A DNA stretch of 64,000 bases from Eledone cirrhosa (Eukaryota), in contig OZ024740.1 of NCBI GenBank assembly GCA_964016885.1, forward strand, positions 269,886,001 to 269,950,000. The letters are read 5' to 3'. Of this stretch, positions 14,585 through 28,237 are shown in pieces. The notes beneath the pieces were generated by a model. It worked only from the letters and a program-made list of their open reading frames with translations, was not told the origin of the DNA and did not search any database. The position numbers and the translations under genes are program-made. Each line of letters begins with the position of its first letter. The first letter of the stretch is position 1.

Positions 14585-15962
14585 AATTAGTATATCTACT
14601 AACATATATATACAGATGCATACCTATGCCAGCAAATATATAGGTTTTGTCTTAGTAACTTTGTGGTTCAATGCATGGGGATGCAGAACAATAATATGAA
14701 AGACGTAAAATAAGAAAATTATAAAAATTAACTTACTTACTAAAATTTCACTCCAACTAATTAGTTTCTGAAAGGGAATAAACATAGTTTCCGAAGAAAC
14801 GTACGGAGAGGCCTTTCGTCATCTGGGAAGTCTATTCTCAGCTAAGTTTCCAGGCAATGCGTGGACACAGGGAACTTATACAAAAATAATTCAGTAGATG
14901 GAAAAAAGCAAAGCGTGGACTAAGTTCCAAGCCATTGAAAAAATCACTGCCTACTGCGTCGGTGGAAAATTCAAAAGAATCAATCACGTGACATCGAGGT
15001 TAATCAGTGAGGAGTGTTTTGTTAAGAAGACAGCAGCCGAACCGTTACTATGAACTATAGTAGCAGTTTTGGCCAATTTTGGCTCGACAAAATAATTTGG
15101 AGATAATTATAAAGAATTAGTATATCTACTAACATATATATACAGATGCATACCTATGCCAGCAAATATATAGGTTTTGTCTTAGTAACTTTGTGGTTCA
15201 ATGCATGGGGATGCAGAACAATAATATGAAAGACGTAAAATAAGAAAATTATAAAAATTAACTTACTTACTAAAATTTCACTCCAACTAATTAGTTTCTG
15301 AAAGGGAATAAACATAGTTTCCGAAGAAACGTACGGAGAGGCCTTTCGTCATCTGGGAAGTCTATTCTCAGCTAAGTTTCCAGGCAATGAGTGGACACAG
15401 GGAACTTATACAAAAATAATTCAGTGGATGGAAAAAAGCAAAGCGTGGACTAAGTTCTAAGCCATTGAAAAAATCACTGCCTACTGCGTCGGTGGCAAAT
15501 TCAAAAGAATCAATCACGTGAAATCGAGGTTAATCAGTGAGGAGTGTTTTGTTAAGAAGACAGCAGCCGAACCGTTACTATGAACTATAGTAGCAGTTTT
15601 GGCCAATTTTGACTCGACAAAATAATTTGGAGATAATTATAAAGAATTAGTATATCTACTAACATATATATACAGATGCATACCTATGCCAGCAAATATA
15701 TAGGTTTTGTCTTAGTAACTTTGTGGTTCAATGCATGGGGATGCAGAACAATAATATGAAAGACGTAATATAAGAAAATTATAAAAATTAACTTACTTAC
15801 TAAAATTTCACTCCAACTAATTAGTTTCTGAAAGGGAATAAACATAGTTTCCGAAGTAACGTACGGAGAAGCCTTTCGTCATCAGGGAAGTCTATTCACA
15901 GCTAAGTTTCCAGGCAATGCGTGGACACAGGGAACTTATACAAAAATAATTCAGTGGATGGA
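14581..15962. repeat. Tandem repeat, 530-bp unit, ~2.6 copies, bounded by (AT)n
   Basis: aaagaattagtatatctactaac starts at 14581, 15111 and 15641; units are nearly identical. Confidence 0.95.
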
Positions 15963-15993
<31 letters not shown>

Positions 15994-15995
15994 AT

Positions 15996-16031
<36 letters not shown>

Positions 16032-16392
16032 CATCCACTGAATTATTTTTGTATAAGTTCCCTGTGTCCACGATATTCAAAACAACAAACAGCGAAGGAC
16101 GCGTTCCGCACTTGTCCGACAGACAAACTTTTCCCCCCACCCCGGAAAAAACCCCAGTTGATGGATGTGAATCCGAAATATATAGGGACTATTAAATCTC
16201 TCCCAAGGTAACTCTCTCTTGTGTTGTTATTTTTATTTTATCCTTTATACTGCTCCCTTCATCTCACACATCTTATACACACCACGCATCTCAACGTACA
16301 CCCACTTACATCTCTCTCTCCACCACCGGACCTTGTTACCCGGAGATTTACCCATTTGCATTGTCGAGGCTTCCAAACGACTTAAAGATATT

Positions 16393-17550
<1,158 letters not shown>

Positions 17551-17599
17551 AACGAAAAAAATTAAACGAAATTTCATTTCCCACTCTTAGTACGGCTGT

Positions 17600-18220
17600 T
17601 ACTTAAATATAAGTATGTATACGTACACACATCTATGTATACAGACGTACAGTATTATGTATATAGATAGATACATACATGCACACATATATATATATGT
17701 ACGTATGTATTCACCGAATATTTATTATAATGCTCGGTGTGTTTGTAAACAAACATCCCGTATTAAGCCGTAGTGTCCAGCAACCATCGATGCTCGTTTG
17801 TTCAACACTGACAAGGGAACGCTGTACTAGTTTCAAGCTTATTAACTATCGTTTTCGGTGCACCCGGCCGATTAACCCACTCTGTATGCAAATTAGGCTG
17901 CTTAGATGTTATAATGCATAAGGAAAGTATATACTTTCAGACGTTCAATCATCTGGCAGGATGGTATACGTTGCTGACGATAGCTAATAAGCTTGAAACT
18001 ATTACAGCGTTCCTTTGTCAGTGTTGAACAAACGAGCAACGATGGTTGCTAGACACTACGGCTTAATACGTGATGTTTGTTTACAAACACACCTATCATT
18101 ATAATAAATGTTCGGTGAATCCATACGTACATATATATATGTGTGCATGTATGTATATATATATATATACATGCTACTGTACGTCTGTATACATATATGT
18201 ATGTACGTATACATACTTAT
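17600..18220. repeat. Inverted repeat (arms ~17600-17851 and ~17978-18220), probable PLE terminus
   Basis: gtgtttgtaaacaaacatc..tattaagccgtagtgtc versus gacactacggcttaatac..gatgtttgtttacaaacac. Confidence 0.9.
17968..18010 (+). ncRNA. Minimal type I hammerhead ribozyme (slightly degenerate)
   Basis: acgttg CTGACGA t-agc taataa gct-t GAAA ctatta cagcgt; stem I acgttg/cagcgt. The inverted copy keeps palindromic stem III (actagt) and a GTA triplet. Confidence 0.65.
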
Positions 18221-18222
18221 AT

Positions 18223-18302
<80 letters not shown>

Positions 18303-18304
<2 letters not shown>

Positions 18305-18528
18305 CGAAGGAAATGTGGTAAGGAATCAGGTGGACCATAACGCACCAAAGTACTCAATAGTTGGGGTAGTAGAGTGGGTAATAGGAACCAGTAAGACCCC
18401 GACGGCTGAGCTCAAGCCGTTTCGACGGCTAATTCTGGACTAAAAAAAATTTTTTTTTTTTTTTTTTTAGTCCAGAATTAGCCGTCGAAACGGCTTGAGC
18501 TCAGCCGTCGGGGTCTTACTGGTTCCTA
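18303..18528. repeat. Second family A fold-back, arms joined by A8/T19
   Basis: ...aattctggact aaaaaaaa ttttttttttttttttttt agtccagaatt... Confidence 0.9.
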
Positions 18529-18572
18529 TATATTTATATATATATATATATATATACAGTAGCGGACCGCAG

Positions 18573-19102
<530 letters not shown>

Positions 19103-19286
19103 CTGCGGTCCGCTACTGTATATATATATATAAGAAAGTCAGAAAAGTGACTGCTAATTAAGGAATTACAGCGACAAACTGTTATTTACACTCAGAACAT
19201 GTGTAAAAGTATCCGCAACTTTTTACATTTGCAATAATTTGTACTCAAACCTATATATATGAACATATATAAATTACTTTGCAATA

Positions 19287-19450
19287 AGGGTCAGAGACCA
19301 TGCTTTCCAGCATAGTTACGTCCCTTTACGATCTGAGTTCAAATCCCGCCGAGGTTGACTTTGCTTTTCATCCTTACGGAGTCGATAAAATAAAGTACCA
19401 GTAATGCACTGGGATAATTGATGGCCTTGTGCCAAAAGTAGAAACAATTA
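19287..19450 (+). mobile_element. tRNA-derived SINE copy
   Basis: Matches the reference copy at 49347-49533. Confidence 0.85.
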
Positions 19451-20919
19451 TCTAATCAAGGCCAGAGAAAAAGAGTATGTTTTTCTACTGCAGCACAGAC
19501 TCCGCAATTAGTGAAATAGACGCAGTTAATGTTTCTACAAATTGTTAGAGCAAAGTATATCGAAAAGGGATTGAATTTGTCTCCAGTATACCGGTCTCAG
19601 ACAAATGATATTTTGGAGAGATGACTAGACGAGGCAGTTAACGCGAGATTGTGGAGTGCGTATAATATTTTGGTGTTACGAATCCCTAAACGGAAGTGAC
19701 ACGTTATTAACCGGATCCAAGAAAAAAGGGCCACTGTAGCAGTGGTAAAAAAGGAAAGGGAGGAGAAAACAAGATTTTTTTAATATAATTTCCGTGAACT
19801 GGCGAATGACTACATATCAATCAGTCGGAAAACCCTTTTTCAGATGCTGTCTAATATGTATACATGAAATAACATTCCAAATGTTGGAGCTCTATTTTAT
19901 TGTGCGACTCACATGCACTTGTAGAAGGATAGTAGTTGTAAGATGGATGTATTTTCTGGACGTGACGATGATGGTCAATTTGTTATGTTGATGATAGGCT
20001 TTCGATAAGAGGAACCTCAGTGATGGGTCGTCCCAGTATTTGTTGTGTCCTTGAGGTTCAAGGTTATACGTTGTTCATGTTAGAGACGTGTGTACGATTG
20101 TGTGTTCTTTTATATTTGTAGTGTGTTTAAATTTTGGCTCTTTGTAATGACAAAACTGGAATAGTTTTGAAGTCGGTGAAGATTTGCCGAGAAGGGTTTA
20201 GGTTCTTTGTATGTTGTCGAATAAGGGGAAATTAAGTTTAGAACAATATTTATGGAAGTAGATGCTTTGGCAGATATGGCAAGTATGCCAATACTACTTT
20301 AGAAATAAAATGTAAATCAAAATCACCAATCATAAGCGGAGCGAGTGTGTGAGCCAAATGCAATACCATCAATAACACATCACCTCAAGAGTCAGAAGAC
20401 GGCTGAAACCCATAGATGTACTGTTTCGAGAGGAATTTTAATATCAGGCGAGTGCATGAAAAGTAATTTCATTAACTGCTAAAATAACTGGGACACGAGT
20501 CAATGAAAATTTCCAGTCAATCCTGATTTACGAAATCCAGTAGACAATACGAAGTGAGAGGTAGTGAATATGTAAACTATGTTGGAATTGAGAGTGTTAG
20601 AAAAACGTTTGGTGGAGGCAGAGCGGTTATTATCACCTTAAATATGACACACTACACATATAGGTATAAATCATGAGAGTGGGAGAAAGAGACAAGAGTG
20701 TGAATATGACCATCTCGTTAGACTGATTACCTGCCGTTTGAGATTCGATGAAGTTAATTGCTATAAAGAGCATAGATTTGCAACCCTTCATCAGCATTGA
20801 AGGATTGTGAGAGCTAAGAAAGATGTGAGCGGTGATATCAGCGATGTCGATAATTTCAAAGGGGTGTGAGAAGCAGATAGGATTGAAATCTTGTTGTTGT
20901 ATGTATGTTTATATGTATG

Positions 20920-21210
20920 TATCATGTTGGTTAAGCGAGTGGGACTGGCTTTGTGCAGTGCCTTTGCTCACTATAAGAGCTTCACGGCACAGGCATTGCT
21001 TTATATCTGGAGATCTCTCTGCACTTGTCGTTACATGTTACCATGGGCCCAGCCCTATGTGTCAATAATTGTCACAAGTGTAGTGTTTGTACCAGAGTTT
21101 TCAAGTCGCTGGCTGGACTAAAAAGTCACACTCGTTCAGCACATCGGTAGGGGTTGTCCTACATGAATATAAAGTAGTGGCCGTACTCGAAAACGTGTTG
21201 GCAGCCACCA
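20920..21210 (+). mobile_element. 5'-truncated copy of a non-autonomous RTE-derived element with (ATGT)n tail
   Basis: Encodes [22 protein letters not shown] (C2H2 finger); ends in actcgaaaacg.g.tggcagccacc-(atgt)n. Confidence 0.8.
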
Positions 21211-21347
21211 TGTATGTATGTATGTATGTATGTATGTACGTATGCATGTATATATGTATTTATGTATGTAGGTATATGTGTATGTATGTATGTATGTATA
21301 TATGTATGTATGTATATATGTATGTATGTATGTATGTATGCATGTGT

Positions 21348-21670
21348 GAAGATGCGTGTCTTTGTGGTTAGGGTAATCGGCTCAAGATCGTAAGATCGTA
21401 GTTTCGATTCCCGGCGGCGTGCTATGTCCTTGAGCAAGGCATTTTATTTCACGTTGCTCGAGTCCACCTAGCTGATGAAGCTGAGTTGTACCTGAAATTC
21501 GAAGGGCCAGCCTTGTCAGATCTTGTGTCGGGCTGAATCTCCCTGAGGACAGCGTTATGGGTACGCCTGTTTATGGAATGCTCAGCCACTTGCACGTTAA
21601 TTTCAAGAACAGTCTGTTCCGTAGATTGTTTATTTGGAACCCTCATCGTCGTAACCGACGTAGTGCCGCT
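21348..21670 (+). mobile_element. Second tRNA-derived SINE family
   Basis: A/B-box-like head (tgtggttagg...gtttcgattccc) and core gtccttgagcaaggcattttatttcacgttgctc; copy at ~35985-36300 (-), related head at ~40335-40420. Confidence 0.75.
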
Positions 21671-21689
21671 ATTGTATGTATTTATATAT

Positions 21690-22565
21690 GTTTATATGTA
21701 TATGTTCTTCTGGTTTTATAATTTCACAAACTTTTGCCAATAGAGAGAGAGTCGGTTTCTAACATAGATACAAGACTCTCTTATTGGAATTTACACAACA
21801 TCAACTAGGTAGATATGTATACATGTCTGCATGCATGTGTAGATATGGATGTTACTGTATGTGTGGATGTGTATGTTTTGAGTTGTATCTGTACATGTGT
21901 ATACGCTTAGTATCTGTACATGTGTATATGCAGTTATTAGATGAAGAATGTTTGGAATGTTTTTACTGTTTTACATATTTTTACTGTTCCATTAATGGAT
22001 TGTACTTGTAGTTTCCTAACTAGTTGTGTTCTTTCTGTTCCTGTGAAGCCCATCTTCTCAAGATTTGTACTGAGGCAATTACTAACATATCCCAGTGCCC
22101 CAATAATCACAGGCATAAATCTGAAGGTATAGTCAGGGTGGACTATCTGCAGATTTATCATTAGTTCTGCATTGATATTCTCCTTTTCGCTAATCTTTGA
22201 TATTACATTGGCATCTGCTGGACAGTTAATTTCCTCTAGTGTGCATGCTTTCTTCTCCCTGTCCCATATCATAATATCTGGTCTGTTATGCCTGCATTTT
22301 ATTGGATTTTTGACTGGAACATTCCACCAGTACTCATATTATGCATATGAATGTCTTCCACATTGCTGTAACTTTTAATGGGTTTATTATCGGGGCTATC
22401 TTTTCTATGATTGCATTGTACAGTATTTTTGCCACTACGTCATGCCTCATAGGTAGATAGTACCGCGATGACATCTTTGGACAGATACCTATGACATGGG
22501 TGACATCTTCGATGTTAATTCTGCAGAGTCTGCACTTGTTATCACATCTAGGTGTTTTGCCTGGT
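21690..22565 (-). mobile_element. R4/Dong-like RLE non-LTR retrotransposon 3' fragment in (TACA)n
   Basis: CRLC...EDVTHV...CP zinc knuckle, RHD, HNRPDIMIWD..EINCP..PVIIGALG restriction-like endonuclease motifs. Confidence 0.85.
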
Positions 22566-23314
22566 AGGTATGTATCGCTTGATATGAGGCGTTTTTGTGA
22601 TGTATGGAATTGCTGACCATAGGCAAGTCCCTAGCAGGACTCAAAACCACCTCGGTGATGTTAAGGCTTATGTATGAAGCGATTACATTACTCGAAATTG
22701 ATTTGCAGCGAACAGCTATATATGTTAGGTATGTATGTGTCGTACAACCTTAGAACATTAGGTCAGGGAACGTGAACTGCTCTTTCAAATGTGTTCAGCC
22801 AACGCTTACATTCTCGTTCTTTGGCTGCTCCATTGGCACATGAAAAGAGGGGCCGAAAATACTATATTTTGTTAAAGTAACATGAGATCATTTAGTACAG
22901 AGACATACCAGATACCCTAATGAAATTATGTATAAATTTTGTTTCATGCTTCTAACTTTAAACTGAGTAAAGATTTGACCACCCGCAATTTCAGAATCAA
23001 TGAAATCAATACTTAATATAATAATTTCAAATGAGTTGACTGAATGTTCTACCCTGCAGATTTGGGGTTTCAGAATTATATGTTATCAGAATCGATAAGA
23101 TCAATACAGTAATACACTAATGTGAAATGAATTGACTGTCAACTAGCCTACAGATCTTTGGATTTGTGGCTATCGAATAAGTCGATATTAAGGTGTCGAA
23201 TGACGAGGGAGTGACACTGCGGTCAATCGATATATTAGAAATAGCAACCATATTCCCACCATATAAAGAGAAAAGGCATAGCTAATTCAACAACCTAAAT
23301 CATATATTTATAAT

Positions 23315-23502
23315 AATTGTTTCTACTTTTGGCACAAGGCCAGCAATTACCCAGTACATTACTGGTACTTTATTTTATCGACCCCGTAAGGATGAAAGGC
23401 AAAGTTAACCTCGGCGGGATTTGAACTCAGACCGCAAAGGGACGTAACTATGCTGGAAAGCATGGCGTCCGACTCTCTACCGATACTGCCAATCCACCGC
23501 CC
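23315..23502 (-). mobile_element. Full-length tRNA-derived SINE copy
   Basis: Ends in the reverse complement of the head gggcggtggattggcagtatcggtagag. Confidence 0.9.
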
Positions 23503-24130
23503 TTTATATTTATAATAATGATCGGTTATTTATAATAATCCACCGCCCTATATATTTATAATAATGATCGGTTATGTATTAAAAACCTTTGACATTCTCT
23601 TGAGCTAAAAAGCAGCAACATCGTGTTAAGGTACTCAAAAGTACATTAGTGTTGTTAACAAGTAATGCCACCTGTCAGGAGCAATTAGAAACAACATGAT
23701 TAATATTCCCAGGATTTTTATATTTGTTAAAGTAGATGGAGACGTATTGCATTTGGGATAAAATCAAATCCATTTAAAAAAGCAACCTATTATTACAAGT
23801 CATCAAAATTGTTCAGTAATTTTGATATTCCCCTAGTGAGCACTATCATATAGTCAATTAAATTTCATATCAAATCATAAATTAAGTACTTTTAGTTCAG
23901 CGCAGTCATCATAAATAAAGGAAGGTTGGGAGGTGGGTAAGATTACTTTTTTTTTTTATGGCTGTATACACGTTATAATCTGGAAATATTCATTTTTTTT
24001 TCTAATTTATTGCGTGTCAATTCATATATTTTCCTGAAAACTGATAAGTATTTTAGTATTTGCAATACATAAAGATGGTTTGGCACAGAAGAGTTGAACA
24101 TACAGGCATACACACATATATATATATTGG

Positions 24131-24207
<77 letters not shown>

Positions 24208-24267
24208 GTATAAAGTAAATTAAAATGTGATATAGTTAGAAGTGATTGGTTTATTTCTCAATGTGTG

Positions 24268-24309
<42 letters not shown>

Positions 24310-24343
24310 TATATATAAGTATGTATGTATGTATTTATGTATA

Positions 24344-24552
24344 TTGTGGTTTTAATTTTTTGAAATTTCAATGCAATAGATTCTCAGTTTGAGTAACTAA
24401 ACTTTTTCATTGCAGTTTAGACGACATACATATATAGTTTATATATATATATATATATAAACTATATATGTATGTCGTCTAAACTGCAATGAACAAGTTT
24501 AGTTACTCAAACTGAGAATCTATTGAATTGAAATTTCACAAGTAAAACCACA
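24344..24552. repeat. ~95-bp-arm palindrome centred on (AT)n
   Basis: gattctcagtttgagtaactaaac...gtttagacgacatacatatatagttt versus aaactatatatgtatgtcgtctaaac...gtttagttactcaaactgagaatc. Confidence 0.92.
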
Positions 24553-24580
24553 TGTGTGTGTCTGTATGTATGTATGTATG

Positions 24581-24661
<81 letters not shown>

Positions 24662-24962
24662 CTAAATATACACACACATATATATATATATACTTATCAA
24701 TGTGTGTATGTATGTGTATATATAGCTGTGTGTCTGGTTGTATTAATGTGAAGATTACGTATTTGTGTGCATGTATGCACGGATGTGATTGTGAATGTGC
24801 ATCTATCTAGCACTTTAATTGTATATGTGAGTACATAGGTATGTTTTACTTTCCGACTTCTTTAATATTTCTACAGCATTCATACCGATCACGAACAAAA
24901 TAGCAAGACATTTTTTACTGCCAAGACAGCTCTAGAGATTAGTGAATGTGAGTGTATTAGAA

Positions 24963-25059
<97 letters not shown>

Positions 25060-26299
25060 ATCTACCAAAATATACGGTAGTGTCCAATCCGTATGAAGAA
25101 CTCAATGTAATCCAAATATCATGAAAAGATGTATTCAACATGTTTTCGATGAAGACAGCATATATATGTGTATGTATGTATATTCCCTCTGATAGTTTGT
25201 AAAAGTTTTACATAGATCTATATGATATACATACCAACACACACATATATATCCTAGAAACGATCGTAAAATGATGAATTTTTTAATATAACGAACTGTT
25301 TCTTTGTTTTTATTCATTATTTTTATTAATTTATATATATATATATATTTATGTGTGTGTGTATGTGTGTGTGAGTGTTGCAAATATTTATTTATTTAAG
25401 CAATCTAAACGTCCGTATAGAGCTAGGTAGTCCTGACAAACTAGGGGAACTTTCTTCGTACAATTAATTAGTAGCCCCCAATGGGTTACATGTGTCTATG
25501 CTGACACAAACACTTGGACTCCACCAGTAGATGTGAGCCGAGATCCGAGCCATTTCTTGTTATACCCGAAACGTTCTAACCAGCACTGGAAATTTCCACA
25601 GTAACAATGACAGACCCCCTCTACTTAAAATCTTAACGATGGCAGTTGCATAGCATTTGAGTGTCGCATCATATCCCGTAACCCATCTATAAATAGGTAT
25701 GACGAGATGATCCAGATAGCATCGTGAGAATTGGGAAGGAGCTCCTTTAGATATATTGCCTGCATGATAACCAAAACCCCATATTCAGGGGTATTTATTG
25801 CACATCAATACAGCAATGAATAATTGGATAAAAAGCTGCGTGTTTATCAGCAAAATCTCATGCATAGCTATGTTGCTAGAAAGCTTTAAAGAGAGAGTAA
25901 AATACATAAGCATAGCAGTCTATCTTGGACCAACAACCGGTATGTTGGCTTTCACTTTGAGGGATATTCACGTATATTACATATAACAAAAGCATACAGA
26001 TCCATATACGCAATACAACCCCTAATTGCATACAGACACAAACGCGTATAGACATAAAGATTTACCTAGTTGATTTTGTCTAAATTCCAATGAAAGGAAG
26101 TTGATTCTCTCTATTGGTGAAAAATCAATAAAATAATTGTTTCTACTTTTGGCACAAGGCCACCAATTACCCAGCGTTCAATAAAATAATAAGACCAGAA
26201 CAACATACACACACACACATACGCGCGCACACACACACACATACATACATGCATACATACATACATACATACATACATACATACATACATACATACATA

Positions 26300-26960
26300 C
26301 ATAAACACATTAAAAGCTACAGCAATGTGGAAGACATCCATATACATAATATGAAAGAGTACTCGTGGAATGTTCCAGTAAAACCCCCAATAAAATGCAG
26401 GCATAACAGACCAGATATTATGATATAAGACAAGGAGAAGAAAGCATGCACAGTAGTGGAAATTAGCTGCCCAACAGATGCCAATATAATATCAAAGATT
26501 AGAGAAAAGAAGAATATTTATGCAGAACTGATGAGAAATCTGCAGATACTCCACCCTGATTACACCTTCAGATTTATGCCTGTGATTTTTGGGGCACTAC
26601 AGTATGTTAATAACTGCCGCAATACAAATCTTGAGATGCTGGGCTTCACAGGAACAGAAAGAACACAACTAGTTAGGAAATTACAAATGCAATCCATTAA
26701 TGGAACAGTAAAAATATGTAAAACATTCCAAAGATTTTGCATATAATAACTGCATATACATATGTACAGATACAAAGCATATACACATGCAACTCAAAAT
26801 ATACAATAACATCCATATCTAACATACACATCCATGCATACATAATTTACCTAGTTGATGTGTAAATTCCAATGAGAGAGTCTTGTGTCTATGTTCGAAA
26901 TCGACTCTCTCTCTATTGGTAAAAATGTGTGAAATTATAAAACCAGAACACATACATACA
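26300..26960 (+). mobile_element. R4/Dong-like RLE 3' fragment after (TACA)n
   Basis: RHNRPDIMI..VVEISCP...FRFMPVIFGAL...KICKTFQRF; same family as 21690-22565. Confidence 0.85.
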
Positions 26961-26975
26961 CACATACATAAATTC

Positions 26976-27005
<30 letters not shown>

Positions 27006-27006
<1 letters not shown>

Positions 27007-28207
27007 GTTTTGCGAGGTTTTTTATATGAAATCGTGTGTCGAAACAGATATTGTTATATTTGGGGAGGGTCATATTTGCGTAATATTGCCAGAATTAATA
27101 GCAGAACACACTCACTGTTTGGTTGGTTTTCGCTTCTCGCTGTCTTTTATATATATATATCTGCGATCTAACTTACTCGGTCCTCAATGTTTCCATTGAC
27201 TGACCGGCGGTCAAAAATAATACAGATACAATATAGACAAACACATATATATATAGTTTACATAATTTACATAAATCTTTCGTTGCACATCTGCAACATC
27301 GTCAGTGGTGTTATATTCATTGTTCCTCCTGTTGTGTTGTATGTCTACGCCATTTTTTTTGTTCAGTCTGTCTATATATTTATTTATTTATTTGCTTGTT
27401 TGTTTATCTTATTTTATTTTGTCTTCTTTGCGCATGGGTTTGCGTGTGTGTATAGTGTTATGTGTGATGTGTGACTAGTGTGTATAGTGTTGTGTCTGCT
27501 GGGTGACTAGTGTGTGTTTATGTGCTTGTGTATGTATTTATTTATCTTATTTTATTTATTTTATTTAATTTACTTATTTATTTATACTTCTCTTAGGTCA
27601 GTGTTGTTTGTTTGGGTGTTGTTGTTGTTCCACTCATTCTTTCTGTTTAGCTTTGGTCTTCTAATTTCTATTTCACTGGCCTCTCTGATTTGCCTATCTG
27701 CTGGGTCATTCCTATGTTTAGATATTATTCTAATTTCTATGTTGTCTATGTTACCGTCATGTTGTTGTCTAGCATGTTCGTATAGTACTGACCCGTTTTT
27801 TCGTCCTTTTAGTTCCCCCCAGTGTTGGTCTATCCTTTCACCTATGCTACGAGCTGTCTCACCTATGTATGTTGTTGTCGTGTTTCTGCAAGTACCCTCT
27901 GTACATCTTATGCTATAGACTACGTTTCTAGTTTTACAGTTTATCCGGGGGTTCACCTTACATATGATACATTTCCTATTGGTACAGTGGGTTTTCTTAA
28001 AAGGGTAGGTTTTGCTGATCAGGGATTTTATGGTGGTTCCTGGCTTTTCTACCACCTTTATTTTTAAGTGGGTCTTTCTCAGGACCTTTCTACACTGGTT
28101 AGCTAATTTCCCTCCAGGGGTGGCGTCCACAAACATGACACTCTGATATCTCTGGTTGTCGTACCATGATGTGGCCTTCCCTATCTTATGTCTAGCCCTA
28201 TTTAGCT
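27006..28207 (-). repeat. Inverted copy of the PLE 3' end (GIY-YIG coding part, 3' UTR/pLTR, extra tail)
   Basis: ORF 27582-28226(-) repeats the last ~205 aa of the 1114-aa ORF; nucleotide arms match ~30960-32120. Confidence 0.97.
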
Positions 28208-28237
28208 GAACGGCTAAAACACACAATAACAGTTAAT

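Noticed and set aside
24857-24931. Minus-strand exon candidate (CYFVRDRYECCRNIKEVG) as the next host exon
   Set aside because: In-frame TAA in the required phase and a weak acceptor.
27025-27055. tgaaat cgtgtgtc GAAAC (also ~50850-50875) as an antisense hammerhead
   Set aside because: No consistent core or stem I could be built in either copy.
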